From positions 1-64,000 of IMG/VR virus record IMGVR_UViG_3300025073_000027: DNA of 64,000 nucleotides, one strand, 5' to 3'. Every line of letters begins with the position of its first letter. The stretch's first letter is position 1. The stretch is from a virus. Position numbers and translations under genes: made by a program. Shown here piece by piece: positions 40,593 through 51,109 of the stretch. The notes beneath the pieces are model-generated. The model was not told the origin of the DNA. It made no database searches and saw nothing but the letters and a program-made list of their open reading frames with translations.

Positions 40593-40899
40593 ACTATAAA
40601 AGTTAGATTTTATTAGCCTTATCTACCAGGTGTAGAAAAAGATCTGATAACGCAAGTGCGTTTAATGTAATTTAGCTTATGTACCAAGTGTACAAAAAGT
40701 AACAGTACCGTTCAATAGAATGTTACCTGCATTTATATTGCCTCGTTTTGTCTATGGGTATACACGTAGACAACAGACCCACGCATGAGTCTGAGAGTGC
40801 TAGAAAAGGCGTGGCTTTTCTATGCTTATAGATTTATTAATGTATAAAATATTATAAATAATTATAAATTATAAAAATAATGTTTGAAAGGATAATAGT

Positions 40900-41868
40900 T
40901 TGGATCAACGACAATACGAATCACTTTATAAAAGGTGGCTAGAAAGAGATCCTTCAAGTAGATTTTGGACAAATGAAATCGCGGTTGAATATAATATGCC
41001 TTCTAGTGAGGCTACTCGTTCAGCTTTAAGGAGATATCGTAAACTTATAGAAAGTGAAGAAAATATAAATAAAACTTTAATTAATAGCAAAACAAGTGTT
41101 GGAAATGCTCGAATTTTAGTTTTTGATTTAGAACTTGCTCCTCTTGTTTGCTATAGTTTTGGACTTTGGGAAGAAAATATTGGAGTTGATCAAGTTATAT
41201 CTGATAATTTTATTATTTCTTGGTCTGCTAAATTATTAAATAATTCTGAAATAATATCTGATGTTCTTACTTCAAAAGAAGCACTTTCTAAAAATGATTA
41301 TAGAATTACAAAAAGTTTAATGGATTTATTAAATTCTTGTCATATTTTAATTGGTCACAATATACAAAATTATGATATTAAAAAATTAAATGTACGATTG
41401 CTTAAAAATAATCTTCCTCCTTTAACAAAACCTCAAATTATAGATACGTTATTAGTGGCGAGACAAAATTTTTCATTTCCATCTAATTCTCTTAAATATT
41501 TAAGTAAAACGTTGGGTATTAGAACTAAGATAGAGACAGGTGGTTTTGACTTATGGCGTAGGTGTATGGAAGGTGAAGAAGAATCATTAAAATTAATGGA
41601 TGAATATTGTCAAGGTGATATATTGGCAAATGAAGATTTGTATTATCGCATTCGACCATTTGTAAAAGGCCATCCTAATTTGTCATTATATTTTGATACA
41701 AATGAAGAACGCTGTCCAAATTGCGGTAGTGAAGAATTAAAACATGAGGGATTTTATTATACTCCTGCTGGTAAATGGGCTAGTTTACGTTGTGAATGTG
41801 GTGCTGTTAGTCGATCTAAGGTAAATGAACTTAATAAAGATAAGAAAAAAAGTTTAAAAGTTAATTAG
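40900..41868 (+). CDS. DEDD/RNase H-like 3'-5' exonuclease with C-terminal zinc ribbon
   Basis: LVFDLE, IGHNIQNYD, IDTL, YCQGDI; CPNCG...CECG. Confidence 0.85.
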   Translation: MDQRQYESLYKRWLERDPSSRFWTNEIAVEYNMPSSEATRSALRRYRKLIESEENINKTLINSKTSVGNARILVFDLELAPLVCYSFGLWEENIGVDQVISDNFIISWSAKLLNNSEIISDVLTSKEALSKNDYRITKSLMDLLNSCHILIGHNIQNYDIKKLNVRLLKNNLPPLTKPQIIDTLLVARQNFSFPSNSLKYLSKTLGIRTKIETGGFDLWRRCMEGEEESLKLMDEYCQGDILANEDLYYRIRPFVKGHPNLSLYFDTNEERCPNCGSEELKHEGFYYTPAGKWASLRCECGAVSRSKVNELNKDKKKSLKVN

Positions 41869-41878
41869 AGGTAAATTT

Positions 41879-42877
41879 ATGGTTGATATTGAAAGTAATG
41901 AACCATTGAAAAAAGGTGTTCGTAGTCGTAGGAAAACAAGTACTAATTTTGAGATTGATCCAAAATCAACTGCGAATGAATTAAAGTCTTGGATATGTCG
42001 TAAGTGTTTACGAAGACGACCTTTGAGAGATTATTATTCTACGGGTGATCCAGAGTGGGATACAACAGGTCATGTTAGTATTTGTCGTTTTTGTGTAGAT
42101 GATGCATTTGAACGATATTATGTTTCTGAAAATAGTTTTGAAAAAACAATTTTGCGTCTTTGTAAAGTTTTAAATTTTAAATTTGATAGTGGAGCAATAG
42201 AAGCAACAAAAAAACAGATTGAAACATCTGAGGCTAAAGGTAAACCCATAAAAGGTATTTTTGGTATTTATAGGAAAAGTTTAAATACCGGTGGTTTTGG
42301 TGGTTATAGGGGAGATGGGGATTTGAGTTATCAAGGAAGCGCAGATTTTGTTCCAACGAATGCATTGCGTGAAACTATTGAATCTCCTGAGGATATTGAA
42401 TATTTTGAAAAATCTTGGGGGCAAGGATTTGAAATTTCCGATTATGCTTTTCTTGAAGAATCTTATGCTAAATGGACTAGAACTACAGAAGTAGATAATT
42501 ATGGGGTAGAAATACTTCTCAGAGAACTATGTCATAAAGAAAACGAAATAAGAAAAGCTAGATTAGAGGGTAGTTCTGTAGATGGCTTAGTGAAAAGTCT
42601 TCAAGAAATTATGAAAAATTCGGCATTGACACCAGCATTACAAAATGCCGCTTCTAATGGTAGAAGCATAGATTGTTTAGGTGTTTGGATAAAAGATTTA
42701 GAAGTTCTATCTCCTGCTGAATGGTGGGAAGATCAACAAAAATATAGAGATATGGATGGAATTACTGAAGATATAGATGATATTAAGCGCAGCATGAAAA
42801 ATTTTGCAACTGGATCTAGAGATTACAACATTAATGATTTAGAAGAAATTAATAATCTTGAAAATGATGAAGATTGA
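41879..42877 (+). CDS. Zinc-finger protein preceding TerL (candidate terminase small subunit)
   Basis: CRKC...ICRFC; synteny with SPbeta-like packaging modules. Confidence 0.6.
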   Translation: MVDIESNEPLKKGVRSRRKTSTNFEIDPKSTANELKSWICRKCLRRRPLRDYYSTGDPEWDTTGHVSICRFCVDDAFERYYVSENSFEKTILRLCKVLNFKFDSGAIEATKKQIETSEAKGKPIKGIFGIYRKSLNTGGFGGYRGDGDLSYQGSADFVPTNALRETIESPEDIEYFEKSWGQGFEISDYAFLEESYAKWTRTTEVDNYGVEILLRELCHKENEIRKARLEGSSVDGLVKSLQEIMKNSALTPALQNAASNGRSIDCLGVWIKDLEVLSPAEWWEDQQKYRDMDGITEDIDDIKRSMKNFATGSRDYNINDLEEINNLENDED

Positions 42878-42896
42878 GTAAGAATAGAGGTTAAAA

Positions 42897-44720
42897 GTGC
42901 CAAGCTATAATAATTTTAGAAATGATTATAAGAGAAGTGTTGAAGGGGCGAATCAATTCAAAAATCCCAAAGTAATGATAAAACAAAGTGACATAAGCGA
43001 AGAACGAAAAAAAAGATTAGTTGATTGGATCACTTTCTATAGGCGCAACGTTCATAGATTTGTGGAACATTATTTTGGTATTAAATTATATCCATATCAA
43101 ATAATATGGTTATATATGATGAGTGTTAGTGATTCGTTTGTAGCTATATGTAGTCGTGCCGTTGGAAAAACATGGCTTCTTGGTGTTATGGCTTGCGCTA
43201 GAGCAGTTTTATATCCTAATTCTGAAATTGTAGTTGTAAGTTCAACTAAAGAACAGGCTGGAATTCTTGTATCAGATAAAATTACCAGTCTTCGTAATGA
43301 TTATCCGAATCTTGCTCGCGAAATATCAAATATAGTTACTAATATGAATAAATGGCAAGTTGATTTTCATAATGGATCAGTGATACGAATTGTGGCTTCA
43401 AGAGATTCAAGTAGAGGTAAAAGGTCTACTTTCACCATTTACGAAGAATTTCGTTTAATTGATAAACTGGTTCTTGATTCGGTGATTAGACCATTTGCTT
43501 ATATTAGGCAAGTTCCATATTTAAAAAAAGAAGAATATAAAAATTATGTCGTATTAATTGAAGAACCGAAAGAGGTTTTTATTTCTTCTGCTTATCATAA
43601 GGGTTTGTGGTGGTTTGAAGAAACCAAGAAGAATATTAAATCGATGATTAAAGGTGAAAATTCTGGTTTTATTGCAATGGATTTTCAAGTTGCTATTCGT
43701 CATCGCATAAAAACGCTTAGACAAATTAAAAATGAAATATCTAAGATGGATGAGATTACTGCCCTTGAGGAATATTATAACATTCCTTGGGGTGAAAGTT
43801 CTGACGCTTATTTTAGATTGAAAATGTTTGAAAGAGCGAGAACAATTAAAAAGGCGTTTTATCCTCAAAGGATGGAAACATATAATCCTAAAAAGAATCC
43901 TTATGGAATTCTTAAGTTGCCGGGGGAATTGAGAGTTGTTACTTGTGATACCGCTCAAAGGGCAGGACGAGCAAACGATTTAAGTATTACTGCTTGTTTA
44001 CGACTTCTTCCCACACATAAGGGATTTTTTCGTGAATTGGTATACATGGAATCATTTTCGGGAGTAGACTCGATAACTCAATCATTGAGAATGAAACAAG
44101 TATATTTTGACTTTGATGCAGATGCTTTAGTTTTAGATGTTGCTGCTGGTGGCGGCGGTCTTCCTATTTATGATCAACTTGGTATTTTAACTAAAGACGC
44201 TGAACGCGGTATTGAATATCCTCCCATGACAATTATTAATCACTCTAGCATAGATAATTCTGAATATGAAGAATTGTTGAAAAGAACTTTGGGTGTAGAT
44301 GCAAAACCAGTTATATATCCGATATCAGCTAACGCTAAATTGAATTCTCTATTGGCAGTAGAAATGAGAGATAAATTACAAAAGAGAATGTTTGGGCTTT
44401 TAGTTGATGAAGTAGTTGCTGAGGATTATTTGATAAGAAATAATAAAGAGTTTATGAAAATTGATGATATAAACGCTAAAAGTTTTTTTACTATGCCCCA
44501 TGTTCAGGTAAGCCTTTTTATAAATGAATGTGTTGGACTTTCGATGTCCATGCTATCGGGCAATCTTCGATTAGTGGAACCTCCTGGTTCAAGAAAAGAT
44601 AGATATGTGGCTATTGCAATGGGGAACTACTATGCATCTTTGTTGGATCAAGAATTGTTAAGAATAAATAGTGATACGACAGATCTTGAGGCATTAATGT
44701 CGGTTACTTTTATAAATTAG
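42897..44720 (+). CDS. terL: Terminase large subunit (YonF-like)
   Basis: LYPYQ, SRAVGKT Walker A, RGKR, IYEEFR Walker B, ISSA, nuclease CDTA...RKDRY. Confidence 0.92.
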   Translation: MPSYNNFRNDYKRSVEGANQFKNPKVMIKQSDISEERKKRLVDWITFYRRNVHRFVEHYFGIKLYPYQIIWLYMMSVSDSFVAICSRAVGKTWLLGVMACARAVLYPNSEIVVVSSTKEQAGILVSDKITSLRNDYPNLAREISNIVTNMNKWQVDFHNGSVIRIVASRDSSRGKRSTFTIYEEFRLIDKLVLDSVIRPFAYIRQVPYLKKEEYKNYVVLIEEPKEVFISSAYHKGLWWFEETKKNIKSMIKGENSGFIAMDFQVAIRHRIKTLRQIKNEISKMDEITALEEYYNIPWGESSDAYFRLKMFERARTIKKAFYPQRMETYNPKKNPYGILKLPGELRVVTCDTAQRAGRANDLSITACLRLLPTHKGFFRELVYMESFSGVDSITQSLRMKQVYFDFDADALVLDVAAGGGGLPIYDQLGILTKDAERGIEYPPMTIINHSSIDNSEYEELLKRTLGVDAKPVIYPISANAKLNSLLAVEMRDKLQKRMFGLLVDEVVAEDYLIRNNKEFMKIDDINAKSFFTMPHVQVSLFINECVGLSMSMLSGNLRLVEPPGSRKDRYVAIAMGNYYASLLDQELLRINSDTTDLEALMSVTFIN

Positions 44721-44873
44721 TAAGTATTTATTAGTAATAAATAATAATTGATTAGATGGCGACAAGAATAGCTAACTTGTTGAAAAGGGGATTCTCTTCC
44801 TAATCCCCTCCATTTGTTTTTTTAATTTGAGGAAGAATAATTGATAAGAAATATAAAAGGAAGAATGAAATAA

Positions 44874-46247
44874 ATGACTAGTGGAATAAGATATACAGAA
44901 GAACAAGTTATTGATATGATTGAAAATTTTGGTTGTAAATTAGAGAGTTCATATTTGGGAGCAAGAAAAGATGTAACAATAATTTGTGTTTGTGGAAGAA
45001 GATTTACAACTAAATTCTATCGGTTTATAGATAAAAATAATACTCATAGATGCTCAACTTGCGCTAAAAAAATTGCTGCCAAAAAATTAAGGAGTGATTT
45101 TGATGAATTAGTTAGAAATTGTGAAAGTATTGGTTATTTTTATATAGAGGGTGAATATACAACTCGAAATTCACAATTGATATTTGAAGATAGTGAAGGA
45201 TATAAATATAGAGTATCTTATGCTTCAATTTATCATATTTTACAAGGTAAAGTGAAACGTTTGGAAATGTTTAGTTATAATAATCCTTTTACTTTTGAAA
45301 ATATGAAAAATTGGTTAAAGATAAATAAAAACGATTTTGAAATATTGGGTGGTCATTATACAACAAGGAATTCGACATTAATTTCTTATTGTAAAATTTG
45401 CTATAATGAATTTAATTCAAGTTGGATTAATTTAAAAAGTAGAAAATTTTGTCCAGAATGTGAAATAATGGCAATGTCAGATAGATTTAGGTTTAGTGTT
45501 GATAAAGTTAATGAAATTTTAAAAAACGCCGGATATTATTTGGTAAATGGAAATTATGAGGGTTGGGATTCTAAAATGAATCTCGTAGATGATTTTGGTT
45601 ATGAATATTTTTCTTCTATAAATTGTATAATCAAAGGTAGGCTTTCTACTTTTGGAAAAGGAAATCCTTATACCGTTAGTAATATTTGTAAATGGATAGA
45701 AATAAACGAAAAAAATTATAAGTATGTAAAAGGTAAATACATTAATGCGAGAAAGAGAAATTTAATTTTTAATTGTAATAAATGTAAAAACGATTGGAAA
45801 ACTTGTTGGAATGCGATTGAAACTGGTAATTCTTGTCCTAGATGTGGAAATTATTCAAAAGGTGAAACTCGAATAGAAAAATTTTTGTTGAATAATAATA
45901 TTTCTTATGAGAGAGAATATTGGTTTCCTGATTGCAGAAGGTTAATACGTAAACCGTTGGAATTTGATTTTGCAATATTTGATAAAAATAAAAAAATTAT
46001 GATGATCTGCGAATATGATGGTGAGTCCCATTTTATGCCTGTGGATTATGCTGGTAGGGGAGAAGAATGGGCTAAAGAGCAATTAGAGTTATCAAAAGTA
46101 AAAGATGAAATCAAAAATAAATATTGTAAAAATAAGGGTTATAGTTTACTTAGAATCCCTTATTGGGATTTTGATAATATTGAAAAAATACTTGAAGAGG
46201 CATTAAAACCAATTCCATGCCTTAACTTTCAAGGAAAGGAGGTTTAA
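44874..46247 (+). CDS. Free-standing homing endonuclease-like protein (repeated Zn ribbons plus C-terminal PD-(D/E)XK/Vsr-like domain)
   Basis: CxC/CxxC repeats; SKGETRI...FDFAI...EYDGESH...DEIKNKYC...LLRIPYW. Confidence 0.85.
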   Translation: MTSGIRYTEEQVIDMIENFGCKLESSYLGARKDVTIICVCGRRFTTKFYRFIDKNNTHRCSTCAKKIAAKKLRSDFDELVRNCESIGYFYIEGEYTTRNSQLIFEDSEGYKYRVSYASIYHILQGKVKRLEMFSYNNPFTFENMKNWLKINKNDFEILGGHYTTRNSTLISYCKICYNEFNSSWINLKSRKFCPECEIMAMSDRFRFSVDKVNEILKNAGYYLVNGNYEGWDSKMNLVDDFGYEYFSSINCIIKGRLSTFGKGNPYTVSNICKWIEINEKNYKYVKGKYINARKRNLIFNCNKCKNDWKTCWNAIETGNSCPRCGNYSKGETRIEKFLLNNNISYEREYWFPDCRRLIRKPLEFDFAIFDKNKKIMMICEYDGESHFMPVDYAGRGEEWAKEQLELSKVKDEIKNKYCKNKGYSLLRIPYWDFDNIEKILEEALKPIPCLNFQGKEV

Positions 46248-47860
46248 TGGCTCCAAGAAAAAAGAAAATTGAAACAGAAATAATTACTTCGGAAAATGAA
46301 GAAATTCTTCTTGATAAAGGAACTGTGTGGGATGTTTTAACTTTTGCAAGAAATTTAGTTGGGGGAATGTATCCCGGTTTAATTACGCCAGATTTGATTA
46401 ATGCTCGTATGAAGGATGTTTCTTATTCTCCTCTCGCTGCCACGAGTGATAGTTTAAATCGCGCATTAGCTAATCCAAAAGAATCAGAAGAATCGCTTCG
46501 GAGTTTTATTGAAAATTTTGAAATAGTTTCGATGCCATTTAAGCGAATTTTATCTTATATGTCATCACATTTATCGATGGATCTTCAATATACTGTTACT
46601 AATCCAAAAGTTGATTATAAAAGTACAAAATTTAAAACAGATCAAAGTTCGGTATATGGTTTTTTTGATAAATTTGATCATAAATATTATTTTCGCAATG
46701 CAATCAAACAAATGCTTCGTAATGAATTGTATTTTGCTTCAGTAAGAGATGAAGGAAATAAAATAGTATTACAAGAATTACCATTGCAATTTTGTAAAGT
46801 GACTGCTCGATGGGATTACGGACTCTTGGCATCGTTCAATTTTTATTATTTTTTAATGCCTGGAATAGATATTGATTTATTTCATCCATTTTTTAAAAAG
46901 AAATTTAATGAAATACATAATGGAAGAAATAGAGAATATAACCCTTCCTTGCCCGTAGAATTACGTGGTAACTCACAAGATTACTATTGGGTAGATTTGC
47001 CGCCTGATGTTTGTTGGGTTTTTAAACTTGATACATCTTTAATTACGGCTGTTCCTTATTTTACTGGAATGATGCCTCTTTTGGTGGATGAAGGAATCAT
47101 GAGGGGGCTTCAAAAAGACATAAACATGGCAAGTGCTTCAAAAATGCTATTTGGAGAAGTCCCATTATTGAAGGATACTAAAGCCAGCGTCAAAGACATG
47201 ATTGCGATTGATCCTCAAACACTTGGACAGTTTTTAAGTCTTGTAAAATCGAGTTTAGGGAATGCGGTGAAATTGGGATCTGCACCTTTGCAAAATATGA
47301 CTGCGATATCATTTGATGGCAATGATGAACTTTTGGATAAATGGACTCGAACCATGATGAGTAATTCAGGAATGGATACATCTTTGTTGTATTCTTCTCA
47401 AGTAAAAGCTAATCTTATTGATTCACAATTGAGTTTTGAAAGTGATAGTAAGATAGTAGAACAACAACTTTATCCTCAAATGGCATTGTTTCTTGATTAT
47501 TGGGCAAATAAGAATCTTAAACATTATAAATATGTGTTTCGATTAGAAGGTAATGATTATTATCTTAATCGTCAACAAAGATTTGATCGAGCTATTCAAT
47601 TGGCTGGTTTAGGAATGGTAATGCCTCAATTGTTTTCATCATCGTTGGGTTTAAAACCGCAAGAATTTTATCGAATGCTGGAAGAATCAAAGGCGTTAGA
47701 ATTTGTAGATAAACTAACTCCCATTATACCGGGTTCTCAATTGTCTGGTAAAGAAAATGGACAAGGCAGGCCTCAAAAAAGTGACGATGAATTGGGGGAC
47801 TCTGGCGCACAAACTAGAGAAACGGGGGGGAATATTGCTTCGAAAGGTGGAAAAATATAA
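46247..47860 (+). CDS. Portal protein (YonE-like)
   Basis: 537 aa, after TerL and before the protease; C-terminal GRPQKS tail. Confidence 0.8.
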   Translation: MAPRKKKIETEIITSENEEILLDKGTVWDVLTFARNLVGGMYPGLITPDLINARMKDVSYSPLAATSDSLNRALANPKESEESLRSFIENFEIVSMPFKRILSYMSSHLSMDLQYTVTNPKVDYKSTKFKTDQSSVYGFFDKFDHKYYFRNAIKQMLRNELYFASVRDEGNKIVLQELPLQFCKVTARWDYGLLASFNFYYFLMPGIDIDLFHPFFKKKFNEIHNGRNREYNPSLPVELRGNSQDYYWVDLPPDVCWVFKLDTSLITAVPYFTGMMPLLVDEGIMRGLQKDINMASASKMLFGEVPLLKDTKASVKDMIAIDPQTLGQFLSLVKSSLGNAVKLGSAPLQNMTAISFDGNDELLDKWTRTMMSNSGMDTSLLYSSQVKANLIDSQLSFESDSKIVEQQLYPQMALFLDYWANKNLKHYKYVFRLEGNDYYLNRQQRFDRAIQLAGLGMVMPQLFSSSLGLKPQEFYRMLEESKALEFVDKLTPIIPGSQLSGKENGQGRPQKSDDELGDSGAQTRETGGNIASKGGKI

Positions 47861-48087
47861 GGACATTTCTTATGAAACTTACTCCTATGGATTGGTTAAA
47901 TAGACGTAAAGCGAAGAAAGAAGTTCCAAAAGAAATTCCGAAACAAAGTAATAAAGAGAAAAATAAAAATAAGTAATAAAAGACAAATTTTATTTGTTTT
48001 ATAAATAACAATAAATTTATAGATAACGGTATTGAAAGATGCTGGCCTCGTCTATAAAACTATAAAAAATAATGGAGGAAAAATTTC

Positions 48088-48414
48088 ATGGCTATTTCGA
48101 GTACAAACGTTACAAGATTGAACAAGATGAATCGTGCTGCTAAAGATGCATTGCTTGGAACTCGTTTACAACTATGTGGTGTAATTTCTGGTTCTGTTGG
48201 TGTTTCTACGGCACAGCAAACCGGAAGTGCGGTGACTGTTTATGATGCTCTTGCGACTCAAGGTGGTTATTTGTTTAGTATAAGCACCAATGGGAGTCCT
48301 TTAGACTTGGTGGCTGGATTTAGGGCTGCTCGTTCTGGTGGAAGTCTTACTATCGTTCCCCATGCATCAGGCAGTTACACGGTGGGAGATGCGGTAAATT
48401 ATATAATCTGGTAA
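48088..48414 (+). CDS. Putative head decoration/virion protein
   Basis: LNKMNRAAKDALLGT N-terminus; G/S/T-rich; GDAVNYI end. Confidence 0.65.
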   Translation: MAISSTNVTRLNKMNRAAKDALLGTRLQLCGVISGSVGVSTAQQTGSAVTVYDALATQGGYLFSISTNGSPLDLVAGFRAARSGGSLTIVPHASGSYTVGDAVNYIIW

Positions 48415-48471
48415 TATTAGATAGTATTTATCATAATATTAATCTTATAATTTAATAAGGAGTAAAAAAAT

Positions 48472-48672
48472 TTGTATATAATTTCTCCTACTCAAGATCA
48501 AATAGATGAATGGTTTTGTTGCAAGAAAAAGGTTGCTGAATTTTTAGTTAATGAATGCAAAATGCCACTTATACATAAAAATGAAAATAAATATTATTTT
48601 GCTATTACTAAAAAATTAAATGAGGCACTTGATAAAGTTCCATTATGGATGAAATTCTTAGAATTGCTTTGA
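48472..48672 (+). CDS. Hypothetical protein
   Basis: TTG start with RBS AAGGAG. Confidence 0.6.
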   Translation: MYIISPTQDQIDEWFCCKKKVAEFLVNECKMPLIHKNENKYYFAITKKLNEALDKVPLWMKFLELL

Positions 48673-48735
48673 GTTATAAAATATTTGTAGAGAAAGAGAA
48701 ACACTTCCTTTCTCTTGAAAGGAGGTATATATTGG

Positions 48736-50421
48736 GTGAATAAAACTGATATAAATAAAAATATACTTAGTTTTGCTGTTGAAAATATTAGTTTATTAAA
48801 AGATGAAGAAAAATCCCAATTCGCTGAGTTACAAGTTGATGCTTTTGCAACCGGAAAATCTTTACATGATACATATGTATCAGAAGAAACGTTAAGAAAA
48901 ACTGCTCATACAATTTTACATAAACCATTTGTTTTTGCTGTTGATACTAGATTCGATGACATTTCAGGCCATCATAAGAAGGAGATACCAGGCGGCTTTG
49001 TCCCTGCCAATAGCCCTCTAGTATTTAAAACACTAGAAGATGGTCGCATTATGCTATCTTGTCATGTCCTTGTTTGGCGTAGATATAGTGGTAAATTATT
49101 GGAATATTTTGTTCGAGATGGAAATCGAAAAGGTGTTTCGGTTGAAATAGAAATTTATGAACAAGAAAAACGTTCAGATGGTTTAACTGAAATTTTAGAC
49201 TTCTGCTATTTTGCAATAACGGCATTGGGTGATTTGATTCGAAGTGCTATACCAAATGCTCAAGCAATTTTACAGTTTTCTCAGGAATATGAGAAAGCAG
49301 TAGAAGAACTTGAATTTGGTCGTTATGACGAAGTTGATTTAAAGATACCACGAAAAGTTAAAAAGAATGCTGAAAAAGCGTTGGAACTTTATAAACAACT
49401 TGGCAAAGGTGGCAATTCACAATCACTTGCTAATGCTAGATATTTGATTTCTAATAATGTAATTGAACCAAATAGAGTACGTAAAATAGCAACACGTAAA
49501 CCCAAAAACATTGAAATAGATGATGAAACAAGTAATGATTATATTTCTAATGGTCTTTGGGGTGGAATTGAAGGTTGGATGTGGGCAAATAAAATTGTTG
49601 ATAAATTAAATGATGTAGATGATAAAACAATGTCTTACTTTGATGATAATGGGGAAAATAAAATTGAAAAAGTAGGCGATCCTGAAAGTAAGGAGGTAGT
49701 TTCTGTGACAGATGAAGAAAAATTAAAACAAGAATTTTCTGAGGATGAAGATCCGAAAGAAGATGAAAAGCAAGAAAAGAAAGAAGTTGAAAAACTTTCT
49801 GAAGAGGAAGAAAAACAACCTACTGAAGACGAAAAGGGAGAAGAAGAGGAAAAAGAAGAGAAAGAAGAAAAAGAGGAAAAGAAAGAATATTCTCTTGATG
49901 CTAATTTTATTGCTGATGCTTTGGAATTTCTTAAATCTGAAACTGATGAATATCAAGTTTTAGTTACTGAATTTTCTGAAGAAGGTGGTAAAAATTTTGC
50001 TACTCTTGCTTATGCTTTGTTCGCTAAAGCGAAAGAAGTTCAAGAGATGTGCAATAAATATGCTGCTGAAAAGTCTGAAATGGAAGAAGGATGCAAGGCA
50101 CATATGGCAGAAAATGAGGAATTGAAGAAATATAAGGCTGAAAAAGAGCAAGAGCAATTTACTTTTGCTGTTGATGCTGTTTTGAAGCATATTGAAGAAA
50201 AAGCCGAAATTCCTGCTGATGAATTAGAAAATTTGAGGGAAAAATCAAATGAATATAGTTTAGAGACTTTTGATGCTTGGTCGAATATGGCTAAGGCCAG
50301 GGGTTTAGATTTTGCTGCTAAAGATAAGAAAGAAGATAGTAATGGTATTGTACGAATTGGTTTACCGAATATGCCATTTACTAAAGTGAAAGTAAGTAAT
50401 TCCCCTTGGGAACGTCAATAA
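48736..50421 (+). CDS. Prohead protease-scaffold (YonD-like)
   Basis: GHH...G, VSVEI, FCYFAITALG..SAIP protease motifs; acidic coiled-coil C-terminus; GTG start after GGAGGT. Confidence 0.8.
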   Translation: MNKTDINKNILSFAVENISLLKDEEKSQFAELQVDAFATGKSLHDTYVSEETLRKTAHTILHKPFVFAVDTRFDDISGHHKKEIPGGFVPANSPLVFKTLEDGRIMLSCHVLVWRRYSGKLLEYFVRDGNRKGVSVEIEIYEQEKRSDGLTEILDFCYFAITALGDLIRSAIPNAQAILQFSQEYEKAVEELEFGRYDEVDLKIPRKVKKNAEKALELYKQLGKGGNSQSLANARYLISNNVIEPNRVRKIATRKPKNIEIDDETSNDYISNGLWGGIEGWMWANKIVDKLNDVDDKTMSYFDDNGENKIEKVGDPESKEVVSVTDEEKLKQEFSEDEDPKEDEKQEKKEVEKLSEEEEKQPTEDEKGEEEEKEEKEEKEEKKEYSLDANFIADALEFLKSETDEYQVLVTEFSEEGGKNFATLAYALFAKAKEVQEMCNKYAAEKSEMEEGCKAHMAENEELKKYKAEKEQEQFTFAVDAVLKHIEEKAEIPADELENLREKSNEYSLETFDAWSNMAKARGLDFAAKDKKEDSNGIVRIGLPNMPFTKVKVSNSPWERQ

Positions 50422-50469
50422 TATTTTATTTTAAAAATTTAGATAATTTATAGGAGGTAAATAATTACT

Positions 50470-51018
50470 ATGGCTTATGGTGTAGTGATCCCAAATAAAA
50501 TTGAAGCAACTAATCGAGAAGTTCTTAATCGAACTGTTGTAAGTGCTTCTGCAATTGAAAATGGAAGTGTTTTTGCTCTTGATAGTAAGTCTGCCGTTAG
50601 TGGTTATGGTGAAGTATGGACTGCCACTTGGCCCACAACTGGTTCATTAACTGGTGTGTGGATGGCTATGACCCCTGAGGTTGTAAATGTTGCTGCTGCT
50701 GATGGTACGGTTTATCGTGGTATTAATGCTGATCCTCGTAACTTTACTAATTCGGCTTCTGCAATTATTGATGCTGTGAAACTTCAGCCTGGAGACATTA
50801 TTACTTTATCCTCGGATGCGTTTACCGGTGCTTATGCTGCTGGTTCTACTCATGCTACTGCGGCTTTTCAGAATTGGCAGTTGCAGTGGAGGGCTTTTGA
50901 CCCTGGTGATGCTCTTACTTTGAAGTATCTTTCGACTACATATATTCCAATTGGTAGTGGTAGTGCTATTGGAGATACTCGTCTTGCTGCTTATAAGTGC
51001 GAAGTAATTCGGAATTAA
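50470..51018 (+). CDS. Capsid decoration/minor head protein (YonC-like)
   Basis: IENGSVFAL...RNFTN...LQPGDIITLS; between scaffold and major capsid. Confidence 0.75.
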   Translation: MAYGVVIPNKIEATNREVLNRTVVSASAIENGSVFALDSKSAVSGYGEVWTATWPTTGSLTGVWMAMTPEVVNVAAADGTVYRGINADPRNFTNSASAIIDAVKLQPGDIITLSSDAFTGAYAAGSTHATAAFQNWQLQWRAFDPGDALTLKYLSTTYIPIGSGSAIGDTRLAAYKCEVIRN

Positions 51019-51109
51019 TTTTATAAATAGATAAATTAATTTTGAAATAATTAATAATTAAATTTGTGGTTTTTATAGTTAATAAAATAATAAGGAGGAT
51101 AATCTAAAT

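Noticed and set aside
44721-46247. Group I intron or intein in terL/portal around the endonuclease
   Set aside because: TerL ends with complete nuclease motifs and a stop, the portal has its own RBS/start, and I found no intron core; treated as free-standing
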